64,000 bases of DNA from a virus: IMG/VR virus record IMGVR_UViG_3300045995_000532, positions 38,679-102,678 of that record, one strand, 5' to 3'. Made by a program: the position numbers and the translations under genes. Numbering within the stretch: the stretch's first letter is position 1; every line of letters starts with the position of its first letter. Below the pieces are notes generated by a model. It was given only the letters and a program-made list of their open reading frames with translations. It had not been told where the DNA came from and did not search any database. Shown piece by piece: positions 29,001-37,111 of the stretch.

Positions 29001-30811
29001 GCACGAGCGACAGCTTCAGCCTTGATCGAGCTGATCAGAGCGGCGTAGTTGCGGTCAACGAGCTGCACGTCAGCGCGAGTGACACCCAGGTCATCCATGA
29101 CTGCGCGCTGCGAAGCACCGCCTGCGCGCGCGGCCGCGATCTTCTCCTGCAGCGGCGTCGGCGGACCAGGCTTCTCAGGCTCCGGCGGAGTGGCTGCCGC
29201 AGCCGCAACGGGAGGCTTCGGCGGCTTGGGCGGCGCCGGAGGCGCAGCAGGCACCGGTACCGGTGCGGCGGACTGAACCGGTGCTGCCGCGGGAGCCGCA
29301 GCGTCCCTCTTAGCGTCAGCCTTGGCCTTCCGGCTGTCCTTAGCTGCCTGAGCTGAAGCTGCTACCTTGGCGTCGTATGCCGCTTCATCAGCCTGCGCCC
29401 GGCGTGAAACTTCGTCCAAGCGCGCGCGATCGGCTTCCTGCTTCGGAGTGACCTTCTCGACTGGCGGAGGAGTTACAACGGGCGGCTGAACCGGAGGAAC
29501 CGCAGGCTGAGAGGCCGGGCGAGGCCCCGCCTCCGGCCCGTAAGGCGATCGTGTCTTTGCCCCATAGGAAAGGGCACGGTCCTGCGCCGGGCTGTCCGTC
29601 ACAACGACAGGGTCGCCGTAGAACATCCCCAAGCGGTCCCGCTTCGGGATCTGGCTCGTCGCCACACCCGACCCGAGAGCCCGGCCCGGCGGCCCCTTAC
29701 GAACGGGATCGATGTCCCGCGGGCCGTCCCATCCGAGCGCGGGCGTCGTCGTGACGGCCTTGCGGCTGTGGATTTCGACGGCCTTCGCGAGAGCCTGGTC
29801 CGGCGTCTCAGCCGTCACGCGGATGGTGCCGCGACCGCCCGACGGTGCCGTGTAGGGGATCTCGTAGCGGCGCTGATCTGCGGTTGGCGCAGGAGCCGGA
29901 GCGTTCCCGTAGTGCTGCTGACGGGTCGGGGGAGCGGGTGCCGGGGCAGGAACCGGCGCCGGGGCGGGCGCTGCGACTGCAGCGACAGACTTCGGTGAAG
30001 CGAGCTGGGCGCGCTTGTCCACCATCTTCAGGATGGGTTCCGAACCCATATGTGCGGCCGCAGCCTCCGCCAAGGACATCTGTTTGCGGGCGCTTACGAT
30101 CTGCTCCTGGAGCAGATCCTCCATGACACGGCGAGCCCGCGCGCTGCTGGGATTTCCACGAGCGTTCGCGTAGTCAGACGCAGGAGGCATGGTCAGGTTT
30201 GCGCCGGAGATGATCTCCTGCGCCCGCGGCGTGTACGAATACCCCTGGCTCTTGGTAGGTCCGGCCCACTGGACAAGAGGGGTCCCCGTGTCGAGCTTTC
30301 CCGTCGGGCCCGCAAGAGCACTGAGAGCCTCGAACCGCTTACGCGTGGACAAAACCTCGTCGGTGTACTGCTTGTAGACCTTCCGGGCCTCCTGCACCGT
30401 CGCAGTGGCCGGCAGACCCATCAGCTCGCGACGATCAAACCTTTTCGCTGCAATCGGCTCGTTGGTGCGCGCCAGGTCGTCGCGTACACCGTTGATCAGA
30501 CGGACCTGATCTTGCATGCCCTTGATCTGAGTAGGGCTGTACCCACTGCGCTCGAGGACGCTGCCGCCGAAGTTCTGCCCGGTGAACCCAGAGAATCCGG
30601 CCATCCCCGCTTGAAAGCTGGTATTGAACGCCTTCGCGAGCTCCCTGCCTTTCTCAGCGAAGGCAGTCGTGCCACCAACGGTAGTGGACTGCAGGCGATC
30701 GAAGGCTTCGTTGACTCCTGCAGGCAGACGGTCCATGGCGCCGAGGAACTCGCCGACGCCGGCCGCTGCACCCGAGCCGTCTACGCCAAGAATGACCTCT
30801 TCGTTAGGCAC
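23090..30811 (-). CDS. Tape measure protein (2573 aa) with a long Pro/Ala-rich N-terminal extension
   Basis: Longest ORF, Ala-rich and helical, with hydrophobic stretches; follows the frameshifting chaperone. Confidence 0.93.
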   Translation of the reverse strand: MPNEEVILGVDGSGAAAGVGEFLGAMDRLPAGVNEAFDRLQSTTVGGTTAFAEKGRELAKAFNTSFQAGMAGFSGFTGQNFGGSVLERSGYSPTQIKGMQDQVRLINGVRDDLARTNEPIAAKRFDRRELMGLPATATVQEARKVYKQYTDEVLSTRKRFEALSALAGPTGKLDTGTPLVQWAGPTKSQGYSYTPRAQEIISGANLTMPPASDYANARGNPSSARARRVMEDLLQEQIVSARKQMSLAEAAAAHMGSEPILKMVDKRAQLASPKSVAAVAAPAPAPVPAPAPAPPTRQQHYGNAPAPAPTADQRRYEIPYTAPSGGRGTIRVTAETPDQALAKAVEIHSRKAVTTTPALGWDGPRDIDPVRKGPPGRALGSGVATSQIPKRDRLGMFYGDPVVVTDSPAQDRALSYGAKTRSPYGPEAGPRPASQPAVPPVQPPVVTPPPVEKVTPKQEADRARLDEVSRRAQADEAAYDAKVAASAQAAKDSRKAKADAKRDAAAPAAAPVQSAAPVPVPAAPPAPPKPPKPPVAAAAATPPEPEKPGPPTPLQEKIAAARAGGASQRAVMDDLGVTRADVQLVDRNYAALISSIKAEAVARADAATAAKKMSAAQQQQMITARANGATVSEMASKFGMTLPDVSAFNRENRVAISSAKEDDKTKATRDAAAVKAKADKDAVAEQQAAADALNAAATQASTRAAEIAGKRQDMITARGKGATASEMSAQFGISLPEVDAFNKTNKLDIAAVREDDRAEIKRVKDLRTNEAKAIRESNEVRAEELAALKLEIAARRVNRPMGARTQTDAERLQAVATRYPEGGLTPERRAAIPPDQLLTFEEQRQILNGQAKSRVDSQVGAIPSQTQAAADQEALRRADVRAGAVPRPLLKSRSLMDLDKANAAAAKAQESYASAVSRRTQIESGAVSGPGVQSLSVARRVEANAKAKLDEAASNAQVARRNYGMVQSIGREVPLSTNTGPSRFASVQWDGLRGQLKKAYPAEIADLQEVSRVRAEMKAQYRANKTRYSDPASGPGSSRRIGNQGDPLPTAAEARLNFGIDMSARMAHIQPRDPAVRANGEPLVPPLNSAGWLAQLPAMETRVSIKEQLKKGFGMGGGANGEPGKPFFEMVAQTARIALFYGVAYRAMTLLQNALASITQETIAYEGALTNLNIATGRNRAENAGLASSLSATAAQAGFSPSVGVEAGTRALGLYGVADAPQKQQEALAKNATTIAMRVARVSGADPLTVNTQLAGALRAFGWGNERATVLEDAVTYMAKHTGQGQTEILGATANIATLGKSAGFSPEQLMAIVAQTAATTGQNPEGTAGQFRQVMSREFQVVAKAAQAAGLDTSGLKNNEEIFAAMSKMNLTQAQTNDFTASFGKGGSQQVATITLQNWSQIEALAKGSTSDPGNGERAFDEVMLNIGSRLKELGSTFLEFGISLTGTGILDWIVLIIDGTRQLLVAGTNLLNVFNLLPRPMRSIALALGEIYLAALLFQKLAPAGMVTRAVQAVGGIGYRSTQVAVATERAVVGAAAATAPILVPSTMFASLRNRFGGTASAEANAATAWNQGRAAATALPPVYVASASRPQASGYAAMNAETEALAARRSATAALQAERSVAAAAASAAPAVAGSSVAREAAVVGAAASGPGLLRKAWALAITPQGAAVIAGAIVAGLAVAGYQNKQTADQAVVDVSLQGAAADSGQKMRDAAAAAENAAKELEKMTTMSWSNILGAPSAAIATITTGADYGELKKQSVFQSERAAAYDRAHTKATEGDGVFNGDFSAEGITAGLDILKTKSYTAAQSLEVLNKAIGDIVDSANGTPNAVAVVSPAQRDQLVLDIGSATLSAIGDTAGFFASNVTPDPLAATRYLPNGQVDPAGPPPGADQYKTVKMAAEAQGNSDATLLSADQSKAVSDAIQRNISSRLQSVLADNVITPDELNTLIATSQDVADKAAPGLTPEGKAKLNSLVGEKITEMLKTYSPQKLDAAIIFDGLATQAAAAAAGVEADTGSKSQGAAVGLKGLQEAQDKATKIIKSHPYVTEKDARILTHAGAQVTAGQVAVYNANVTDLQAAAGMQKSYLTPDNIHGANAIDQSVLDAERTQQANIRSEGMAKISSDTEAQLAQNPWPKGKLNDNDSRPYKKAAAAQAAIEQSAADRVAALNSQLAAGEMATQQAQNTKDYSDKMESLSRQQNNNLKNINPGDSIGMAAASLDNAKLALTVLTKDTAAFSAGQKAVTDAQYAYVSAVIAGQNANRMANIDPRDKLARTAQEIANTQNLMAQLPAGDAQAGQYRDQITQLNLQQAANVVGIANSVDSHSIAGDRSGIDKAKVGIEIATRNLGLTRVGTEDYWNASTALVEAKAEFAQQERDQVDRLRQLGSDITDPVAQAINDVKKAQDQLAADRASGQGVDTLSQDSLDLKHTQASAEQAAFSQRISDLQTAEDLGRITHTAYIGYLQSEHDRLAAIAVKTRQQQEDLDQVDKLLKSAGDALQGQFNIGDIKLPTIYEVRRAMQSGAPTQVGDYSNSNNVVNINGAPLEQVVEYLKTYLGAGAQVVMASTGRKI

Positions 30812-30814
30812 GGT

Positions 30815-31159
30815 TCATCCCCTCAGTCCCGCGACATCCGGGTCCGTCCATGAGCTATCGGCGTCCAGTTCCTCATCGGCATCGATCGACCGCATACCCT
30901 TGGCTTCGTCCTTCATCCGCTGGGCCACCGAGTCGAACCACTCCTTCAAACGCTCCTGGCTGTGCCAGAACCGTTCGGGTGGGACCTGGTCGTTGGGCAG
31001 CTCCCAGTAGCCAAGGACTGTCAGTGCTTGGCTGATCGCGTGGACGAGGTCCCAGCCGGCTTTGCGGACGTCTCCGTCGGGGTAGAAGGCTGCGAGTCCT
31101 CCGGCTTGCTTTGCGGCTCCAACGGTTCGGAGGAAACCGAGGGAGCGTCCAAGTTTCCC
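30815..31159 (-). CDS. Tail assembly chaperone, -1 frameshift extension (lambda GT-like)
   Basis: Slippery heptamer G GGA AAC at 31159-31153; -1 frame is open (KLGRSLGFLRTVG...WTDPDVAGLRG) to TGA at 30817-30815, just before the tape measure start. Confidence 0.85.
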   Translation of the reverse strand, partial: GKLGRSLGFLRTVGAAKQAGGLAAFYPDGDVRKAGWDLVHAISQALTVLGYWELPNDQVPPERFWHSQERLKEWFDSVAQRMKDEAKGMRSIDADEELDADSSWTDPDVAGLRG

Positions 31160-31923
31160 GCTTCGGCCAACGACATCTGGCCGGCGAGGATGGCCACCAC
31201 CTTCGCGAGAAGCTCGTCCGGGAGGCTGGTGAGAACCTGCGCGCGGCCCTCCAGGATCCGGTCCTCATGGTGGCAGTCGGTATGGACCCAGGCGCCGTCA
31301 ACCTTGGTGGCGACACAGTCGCGCAGGGCGAAGAAAATCTCCGTTTGGCGGCGCTGCTCGTAGAACGCGTTGATGGACGCGTTGTCGCGCCAGGACGCGA
31401 TGTACCCCTTCTCAAGGTCGTCACGCGTCATCGACGTCAGCTCGTCGTTGTACTCCAGGCTCAACCGCGCCTGGATCGCGAGCACCGCGGCCTGGTGCTC
31501 TTCGCTGATCTGCGCCAGCGCAGTCACCTCAGCCGGCGTGGCAGGCCGGTCGGCGGCGATCTCTGCGCGGTCGATGACCGCGAGGCGCTCCGTCCACGCC
31601 TTGTCGGTGCGAACCTCGTCCTGCGCCTGAGTGAAGTGCTCGAGGTTCTTCGCCTGGAGGGCCTGCTGGACCAGGTCGGCATCCTCGAGGCCGTCCACCA
31701 CAGCGTGCACCGCGGCCGTCTCGACCGGGTCGCGGTCGAAGGCCTGCGCGCGGATGGCCCGACCGAAGCGGCCGTCCTTGAGTGCTTCATCCTTCTCGAA
31801 GTCGTTGGGCTTCATCACCCAGAACGTGAGCGGTTCACCGCGCGGGTCGTCGATCGCTACGATCTCGCCACGCTCGAAAAGTTCACTGACGCGGCGCAGC
31901 TTCGCCGTCTTCGACATATCCAC
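31021..31923 (-). CDS. Tail assembly chaperone (lambda G-like)
   Basis: Between the major tail protein and tape measure; low-complexity tail after the slippery site. Confidence 0.85.
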   Translation of the reverse strand: MDMSKTAKLRRVSELFERGEIVAIDDPRGEPLTFWVMKPNDFEKDEALKDGRFGRAIRAQAFDRDPVETAAVHAVVDGLEDADLVQQALQAKNLEHFTQAQDEVRTDKAWTERLAVIDRAEIAADRPATPAEVTALAQISEEHQAAVLAIQARLSLEYNDELTSMTRDDLEKGYIASWRDNASINAFYEQRRQTEIFFALRDCVATKVDGAWVHTDCHHEDRILEGRAQVLTSLPDELLAKVVAILAGQMSLAEAGNLDAPSVSSEPLEPQSKPEDSQPSTPTETSAKPAGTSSTRSAKH

Positions 31924-31989
31924 TCCCTGGTCCAGTTGCCCGTGCGCGGTTCCCCGCGGGCTTCACCTGGACAGATCGACCGTCAACGA

Positions 31990-32022
31990 CAACGAGCCCC
32001 GCACCCGAAGGTGAAGGGCCCG
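31990..32022 (-). terminator. Intrinsic terminator after the major tail gene
   Basis: Minus strand CGGGCCCTTCACC-TTCG-GGTGCGGGGCTCG followed by TTGTCGTT. Confidence 0.6.
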
Positions 32023-32040
32023 TTGAGGGCGTGCGATGGA

Positions 32041-33525
32041 TCAGACGTACAGGAACGAACTGGCAGCGCTGGTCGTCGAGATGCCCTGCGCGTTGGTGAC
32101 CGTGATGGCCACCGTACCCGTCCCTGCGGGGACCGTGGCGGTGATCTGCCGGCCCGAGTCCACGACGAACGTGGTGGCCGCCGTGGCGCCGAACTTGACG
32201 GCCGTCACCCCGACGAAGTTGGTCCCGTAGATCTTGATGACCGCAGCGGCAGCAGCCGTGGGCGGCGTCAGGAACTTCACGATCGGCTTCGTGAGGTCAC
32301 GGTAGATGGCCAGCACCCCACCGTCGCTCTCCCACGAGAGGCTCATCGTGACGTTCTGCTCCGGGCGCGGGCTGTAGCCCGGAACCGTGAAGCGGGCATC
32401 AGCGACGTGGAACCGCTTGAGGGTGACCCCGCCGTTCTCGCCGTCCTTGATGACGATGTCCAGCGCCAGCGGGACCGCGGTAGCGGTACCGATGACCTCG
32501 TTGGTGGCCGTGATACCCGTGATCTCACGGAGCTTCTTGAACAGGTCCGTGGGGTTCCTGGGCAGGATCTCGACGGTGCCGTTGACGGTCGGCACGTCGA
32601 AGTCGCGGGAGACGGCGAAGTAGTTGCCGAACTCCTCATCGGTCTGCAGCGTCACCTTCCAGTCGACAGTCGCCGACTGCACGCCAGTCCACTTGTTCGC
32701 GATCGAACCGGCAATGTTCGCCGGGTCGTAGCCGCCGATGTAGACGTCGATGTCCTTGCCTCGCACAGCACCCGGCTTCAGGGTGGCCGGGGTGTGGACG
32801 GCCTGCGGGTAAGAACGCAGATCCGAGGACGAGTAGACGACGCGAATCGTCGAGGTGGCCGGCACCGCAGCCGTGAGGGTGACAGTGACCACCGCGGACC
32901 CGGAAACACCCGGGGCAGCGTTCGCCAGCGTGTAGTCCGGACCGAACGTGAGCCGCTCGGTACCCACGACGATCGCCAGGATCCGGCGAGTGCCGTTCGC
33001 GTCCGTGTAGTTGTAGGCCGGGTGGCTGGTCACGATGGTCTGGCCGGCGACAGCCGAACCGGCCGCACTGTCGATGAAGACAGCTCCGGGGCAGTAGAAG
33101 ATCGAGTCGCCGCGCAGCGAGAACGTCTGAGAGGCGTTGTCCCGCAGCCCGAACTTGTAGCTTGCCGACTCCAGCGCGAGATACGGGATGGCGACAGCCA
33201 TCTCGATGTCGTACAAGTTGATCGTCTTCTTGCCCGGCTTCACCTGGGTGGCCACGTTCAACGGCTTCGCCAGGGACAGGTCGAACATCGGCAGGCCAGG
33301 ATCGGCGTCGATGAGGAGGGCCTCGATGTCGGTGGAAACGTCCAGCGACTCCAAGGTGAAGGTGAGGTCGGGAACATCACGGAGAGTGGCGACACTCTCG
33401 TAGTTGCCGAGCTCGAAGATCTTGGTCGTCGGGATGTTGACGGTTCCCGGTCCAGCATTCTGCAGTCGCTCGATCAGGACACGATCGTGCCCGGTCGCGA
33501 TCAAATTTCCGGCCTTCAGGCCCAT
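32041..33525 (-). CDS. Major tail protein with a C-terminal IPT/TIG Ig-like domain
   Basis: Synteny, strong AAGGAGG RBS; C-terminal P.....P......I.IYGTNFVGVTAVKFG...VDS..QITATVPAGTG. Confidence 0.88.
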   Translation of the reverse strand: MGLKAGNLIATGHDRVLIERLQNAGPGTVNIPTTKIFELGNYESVATLRDVPDLTFTLESLDVSTDIEALLIDADPGLPMFDLSLAKPLNVATQVKPGKKTINLYDIEMAVAIPYLALESASYKFGLRDNASQTFSLRGDSIFYCPGAVFIDSAAGSAVAGQTIVTSHPAYNYTDANGTRRILAIVVGTERLTFGPDYTLANAAPGVSGSAVVTVTLTAAVPATSTIRVVYSSSDLRSYPQAVHTPATLKPGAVRGKDIDVYIGGYDPANIAGSIANKWTGVQSATVDWKVTLQTDEEFGNYFAVSRDFDVPTVNGTVEILPRNPTDLFKKLREITGITATNEVIGTATAVPLALDIVIKDGENGGVTLKRFHVADARFTVPGYSPRPEQNVTMSLSWESDGGVLAIYRDLTKPIVKFLTPPTAAAAAVIKIYGTNFVGVTAVKFGATAATTFVVDSGRQITATVPAGTGTVAITVTNAQGISTTSAASSFLYV

Positions 33526-33660
33526 TGATCAGCCCTCCTTTTACGTCGGGCCCGCACGTTGGGGGGCCATCAAGTTCATGACGCTGTAGGCATCGACGCC
33601 ACCCCAAAGCGACGCGCTGACGGATCTGCTACGGCGCGCCCTCTCGCGCTCACGGCTTCG

Positions 33661-34413
33661 ATGGGGAAGGATGCTCGCATGATGATGACCGGCGTTGCGG
33701 AGCGCGTGCTCGACCTGCGCCTGCCCGACGTTGGCCTGCCCGACGGTTGCCCTCCTGTTCCGCCGAGCGGCGGGTCAGACTGGAACCGGGGGGAGTCGCA
33801 GATCCCCATGGATGGCGTGACGTCACTCGAATCCGATTTGGTACTGGTCGGCGGACGCCTGCAGAGCGAGTGGGCCTCGGCCGGCACGATCTCGCGCAAC
33901 CTGCGCCGCAGCGCCGATGTGCCCGAGGGCTACATGCGTATCGTCAAGGTTCCCGACATCACTCACCTGAACCCGCGACCTGTGTACCGGCTGAAGTACA
34001 CGATCCTGCTGCCGTTGACCGCAGCAACCGACGGCCACCGCTGGCTGGCTCCGTCATGGTTCAACAAAGGCGTGCCGGGAGCCTGGTTGGGCACTCTCCC
34101 GTCAACAGAGGAGTTCGTCGGCCACAGCCTGATCGACCTGACCTTTTGCGTGAATGCCCCGCGGCGCGTCCGCTCCAATGACCAGTTCGTCTCGAACTGG
34201 GTCGCCACCCATCGCCGAATCCACCAGGCCAGCGCCCAGCTCATCGACCAAGGCGCGACGCCGAGCCCTCGCCGTGACCACCTCGCCACGGCCAAGTTGA
34301 CCGTGGCGGAAGCCTTGACGACCCCCGCCATCCAAGGCGAGTGGCTGAGTGCCGCGCAAGAGGTGCTCAGGGAGTCAAGCGGGCTGCTCGGGCGCCAAGC
34401 ACCTCGCGGATAG
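33661..34413 (+). CDS. Orphan antisense gene (moron-like) within the tail module; start uncertain
   Basis: Fills the ~800-bp gap with coding-like codon use; no plausible minus-strand gene here. Confidence 0.7.
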   Translation: MGKDARMMMTGVAERVLDLRLPDVGLPDGCPPVPPSGGSDWNRGESQIPMDGVTSLESDLVLVGGRLQSEWASAGTISRNLRRSADVPEGYMRIVKVPDITHLNPRPVYRLKYTILLPLTAATDGHRWLAPSWFNKGVPGAWLGTLPSTEEFVGHSLIDLTFCVNAPRRVRSNDQFVSNWVATHRRIHQASAQLIDQGATPSPRRDHLATAKLTVAEALTTPAIQGEWLSAAQEVLRESSGLLGRQAPRG

Positions 34414-35230
34414 CATCCGCTAGCGCCTGCTGGGCCTTCTGTGGCATGTTCATTTTTTGCCATGCCCGGTCAAAGTAGTGCTCACCCTTGATCGGGTTCC
34501 TGATCTCCATGCGCTGCGTGACAGCGCCCGTCAAGTTCGCTCCAAGTAGCGTGGCGTTGACGTTGCTGTGCACGTTCGTCGCCATCCGCATGGGCAGGAA
34601 CTTGCCTGAGTGTGACGGGTCACCCTTCGCCGCCGGCCGATCTGAGCCGTTCTTCCGCCCGTCCCCCTTGCCTTTGGCTCGGGTCGCAGTGCTCGAGTAC
34701 GGACCGCCGGGGACCATCCACCGGTTCTTGCCGCGGCCGGAATAGTTCTGAGTAGCGCTGGCGCCCCAGATGCCGTAGAAGGGTTCGCCGCCGATGTGTA
34801 CCGACGTTCCTTCGTCGATCTGGCGCCAGTACTTCGCCTGACTGCGGTCCAGCCAGTTCCTGACGCCGACACCGAAACCCCACGGGCGGATGATCATGTT
34901 GCGTTCATGCGCCAGAGCCCAGTCGAGCCGGCCCGTAGAGACGAGTCTCCGGTTCGGCAGTCGCCCATCATCCAAAGCCTGAAGCACCGCAGCCCGAAGC
35001 TCACCCGCCAGATCCAGGTTCGCTGCCTTCAAGACCTTCTGGATCTCGTCAGTCACTAGCCCCTGAGCCCTGACCGCATCCGGATCAAAGTAGTGCCCAC
35101 GAGTGGTGACGGTGATCACGAGACCGTACGCCAGCTGGATCCGCCGGGACGCCCGGCCGTAACGGTCCGTAGGGGTCGTGTGGACCGACATCGACGGCCC
35201 GTTGGAGAAGATCCCGTCGGGGATATCCAT
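34367..35230 (-). CDS. Putative tail-completion/neck protein
   Basis: Synteny between head-tail connectors and the major tail gene; STGRL...YWRQIDEGT...HYFDRAW pattern. Confidence 0.55.
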   Translation of the reverse strand: MDIPDGIFSNGPSMSVHTTPTDRYGRASRRIQLAYGLVITVTTRGHYFDPDAVRAQGLVTDEIQKVLKAANLDLAGELRAAVLQALDDGRLPNRRLVSTGRLDWALAHERNMIIRPWGFGVGVRNWLDRSQAKYWRQIDEGTSVHIGGEPFYGIWGASATQNYSGRGKNRWMVPGGPYSSTATRAKGKGDGRKNGSDRPAAKGDPSHSGKFLPMRMATNVHSNVNATLLGANLTGAVTQRMEIRNPIKGEHYFDRAWQKMNMPQKAQQALADAIREVLGARAARLTP

Positions 35231-35231
35231 C

Positions 35232-35501
35232 TCAGGACTCGCCGAGCTTCGTCACCTGGTTCGAGATGTGATGCAAGACCCGCATCGCGTCCTCGTTGAC
35301 GGTCCAGTCCTTGTTCGCTGCGCGCACGCAGTCCAAGGTGAAATCGGAAAATACACCGACGCTGGTGAGGACCTTATCCCGGAACCGGCCCTGCTGCTCC
35401 GGGGTCAGATCAGGGTAGATCTCACGCTCCGCGTGGCCGAGGATCGACGCAAGGAGCCGTTTGCGCTGGGCGGTGATGAGTTCGCTGACGACGTCGCTCA
35501 A
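35232..35501 (-). CDS. Hypothetical protein
   Basis: TTGA-coupled TTG start after GGGAG. Confidence 0.6.
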   Translation of the reverse strand: MSDVVSELITAQRKRLLASILGHAEREIYPDLTPEQQGRFRDKVLTSVGVFSDFTLDCVRAANKDWTVNEDAMRVLHHISNQVTKLGES

Positions 35502-36001
35502 CTGTTGCTCCCAGGGAAGTCGAGCATGAGGGTCGCCTTGATCGACTGCCATGCCCCCAGATCTGGGTTCGGCTGGTCGCGCACCACGTCCTGGAACTCA
35601 CCCAGGTAGCCGTCCAGCTCGGCGCCAGTGCCGGCCTCGCGCGGGCGCACATAGCGGGTCCCACCGAGCAGGCCGCGCAGACGGTCCTGAATGTCGGAGG
35701 CGATCGCGAGGGCTACGGATTCGTTCTGGCCGAGGATGTCGACGAACAGGACGTGCTCGGCGCGCAGGTAGCCGGCACCGAGCTCCTGCTCAGTGACGTC
35801 CGGTTCGCCGCCGTGGGACACAAACACCACGTTCCCCTCAACCTGCTTCAGGTCCGACTCCTTCGGCCCGCGCCGGCTCACCGTGACCGGCTTCGCGCCG
35901 AACGGCACCACCGGGCCCATCCAGCTGTAGTCGCGCAGCAGGGTCTCCACGAGTACCTCGAGCGTTGCGCGAACGTGCCTGACTGCGTGGCGGACGTACA
36001 T
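35498..36001 (-). CDS. Putative tail terminator protein
   Basis: Synteny and size. Confidence 0.55.
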   Translation of the reverse strand: MYVRHAVRHVRATLEVLVETLLRDYSWMGPVVPFGAKPVTVSRRGPKESDLKQVEGNVVFVSHGGEPDVTEQELGAGYLRAEHVLFVDILGQNESVALAIASDIQDRLRGLLGGTRYVRPREAGTGAELDGYLGEFQDVVRDQPNPDLGAWQSIKATLMLDFPGSNS

Positions 36002-36462
36002 CAGACCATGTCCTCCGTCGCGCACTCAAGGATCCACACGCCGACGGAATCCAGATTTGGCTGCATCAGCACCCTCCGGTACAGGTACCTCACGGGAGCG
36101 TCCAGGTTGGTGGTGGGCCACAGGTTGACATAGTCGAAGCCCTGGATCTGGGCGTACTCCTCGTCGAGAAGGGTTACCTCGATGTACCCCGGCTGAAGAA
36201 GACCGAACGACTTGGTCGCCTCGGAGCGCTCATGCTCCTGGATGACGCACAGGACGCGAGTCTTCGTCTCGCCGGCGGCGGCCATCGACGTCGTCAGGTC
36301 CCACGGCACACCGTCAACATCGATGTCGCCGGACAGCACAGGGGTGGCTACCTTGACGAACTGAGGCTGGCGTTCCGGCTGGACAGGCAGGCCCAGAGTC
36401 ATTGCCGTGCGGATTCCCTGCCGGAAGGCGGCCGCGTCGAAGCCGGCGATGATGGCCGCCAT
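36001..36462 (-). CDS. Putative head-to-tail stopper
   Basis: Synteny, coupled. Confidence 0.55.
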   Translation of the reverse strand: MAAIIAGFDAAAFRQGIRTAMTLGLPVQPERQPQFVKVATPVLSGDIDVDGVPWDLTTSMAAAGETKTRVLCVIQEHERSEATKSFGLLQPGYIEVTLLDEEYAQIQGFDYVNLWPTTNLDAPVRYLYRRVLMQPNLDSVGVWILECATEDMV

Positions 36463-36974
36463 CAGATGAATCCCCCATCCCACGACGCGCTCATCTCAAG
36501 CTCGTACGGGAACATCGTTCCGCTGAAGCGCCCCCGCGTGAAGTACGAGTCGATCATGAACGTAGTCGCCCCGGCGCCGCGGCGAGCCTTCTCCAACAGC
36601 TCCAGCCGGCGGGCCTGCAGGTATTTCAGGTCTTCAGTGAGAGCGCCCGCGGCCTGCGCGGTCTCCATCTGCACCGGGCCCGCCACGTACTTCGTCATGG
36701 ACCGCAGACTCCGGATCTGCTGGCGAACCAAGCGCAAGCCTGCGTAGATCACCACGAGCGCGGCGCCAGCCGTCGACAGGTCCGGGGACACCGTCATCGC
36801 ATCCAAGTTCAGTTCGACTGCGCCGAAGAACCCGTCCAGCTGCGCCTCAGCGAACGCATCCGCGAGGGACGCCTCTATGTCAACGTCCATCGTGAGCGGA
36901 AACGCCTGGGTGAAAGCCCCCGGAACGGCCACCTCGCGCTTGTACGCGCCCACCAAGTCCACGAGATCGGTCAT
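36462..36974 (-). CDS. Putative head-to-tail adaptor
   Basis: Synteny; helical protein with a KYVAGPV hairpin-like segment. Confidence 0.6.
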   Translation of the reverse strand: MTDLVDLVGAYKREVAVPGAFTQAFPLTMDVDIEASLADAFAEAQLDGFFGAVELNLDAMTVSPDLSTAGAALVVIYAGLRLVRQQIRSLRSMTKYVAGPVQMETAQAAGALTEDLKYLQARRLELLEKARRGAGATTFMIDSYFTRGRFSGTMFPYELEMSASWDGGFI

Positions 36975-37111
36975 ACCCCCTAGATCGACCACGAGGCCCC
37001 ACCCACCGCTGCGTAATCAGCGGGGTGAGACCTCGGGTCCCGGGCGCCCGGTTGGGTCTAGCTGGGTCGTTTTGTCCCGCGGCTGCTAAGCGACGGGCCC
37101 GTCAGCCTACC

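Noticed and set aside
31111-33528. 805-aa plus-strand ORF (also 38184-39818 and 61021-61899)
   Set aside because: Antisense shadows of strongly codon-biased high-GC structural genes; no recognisable motifs
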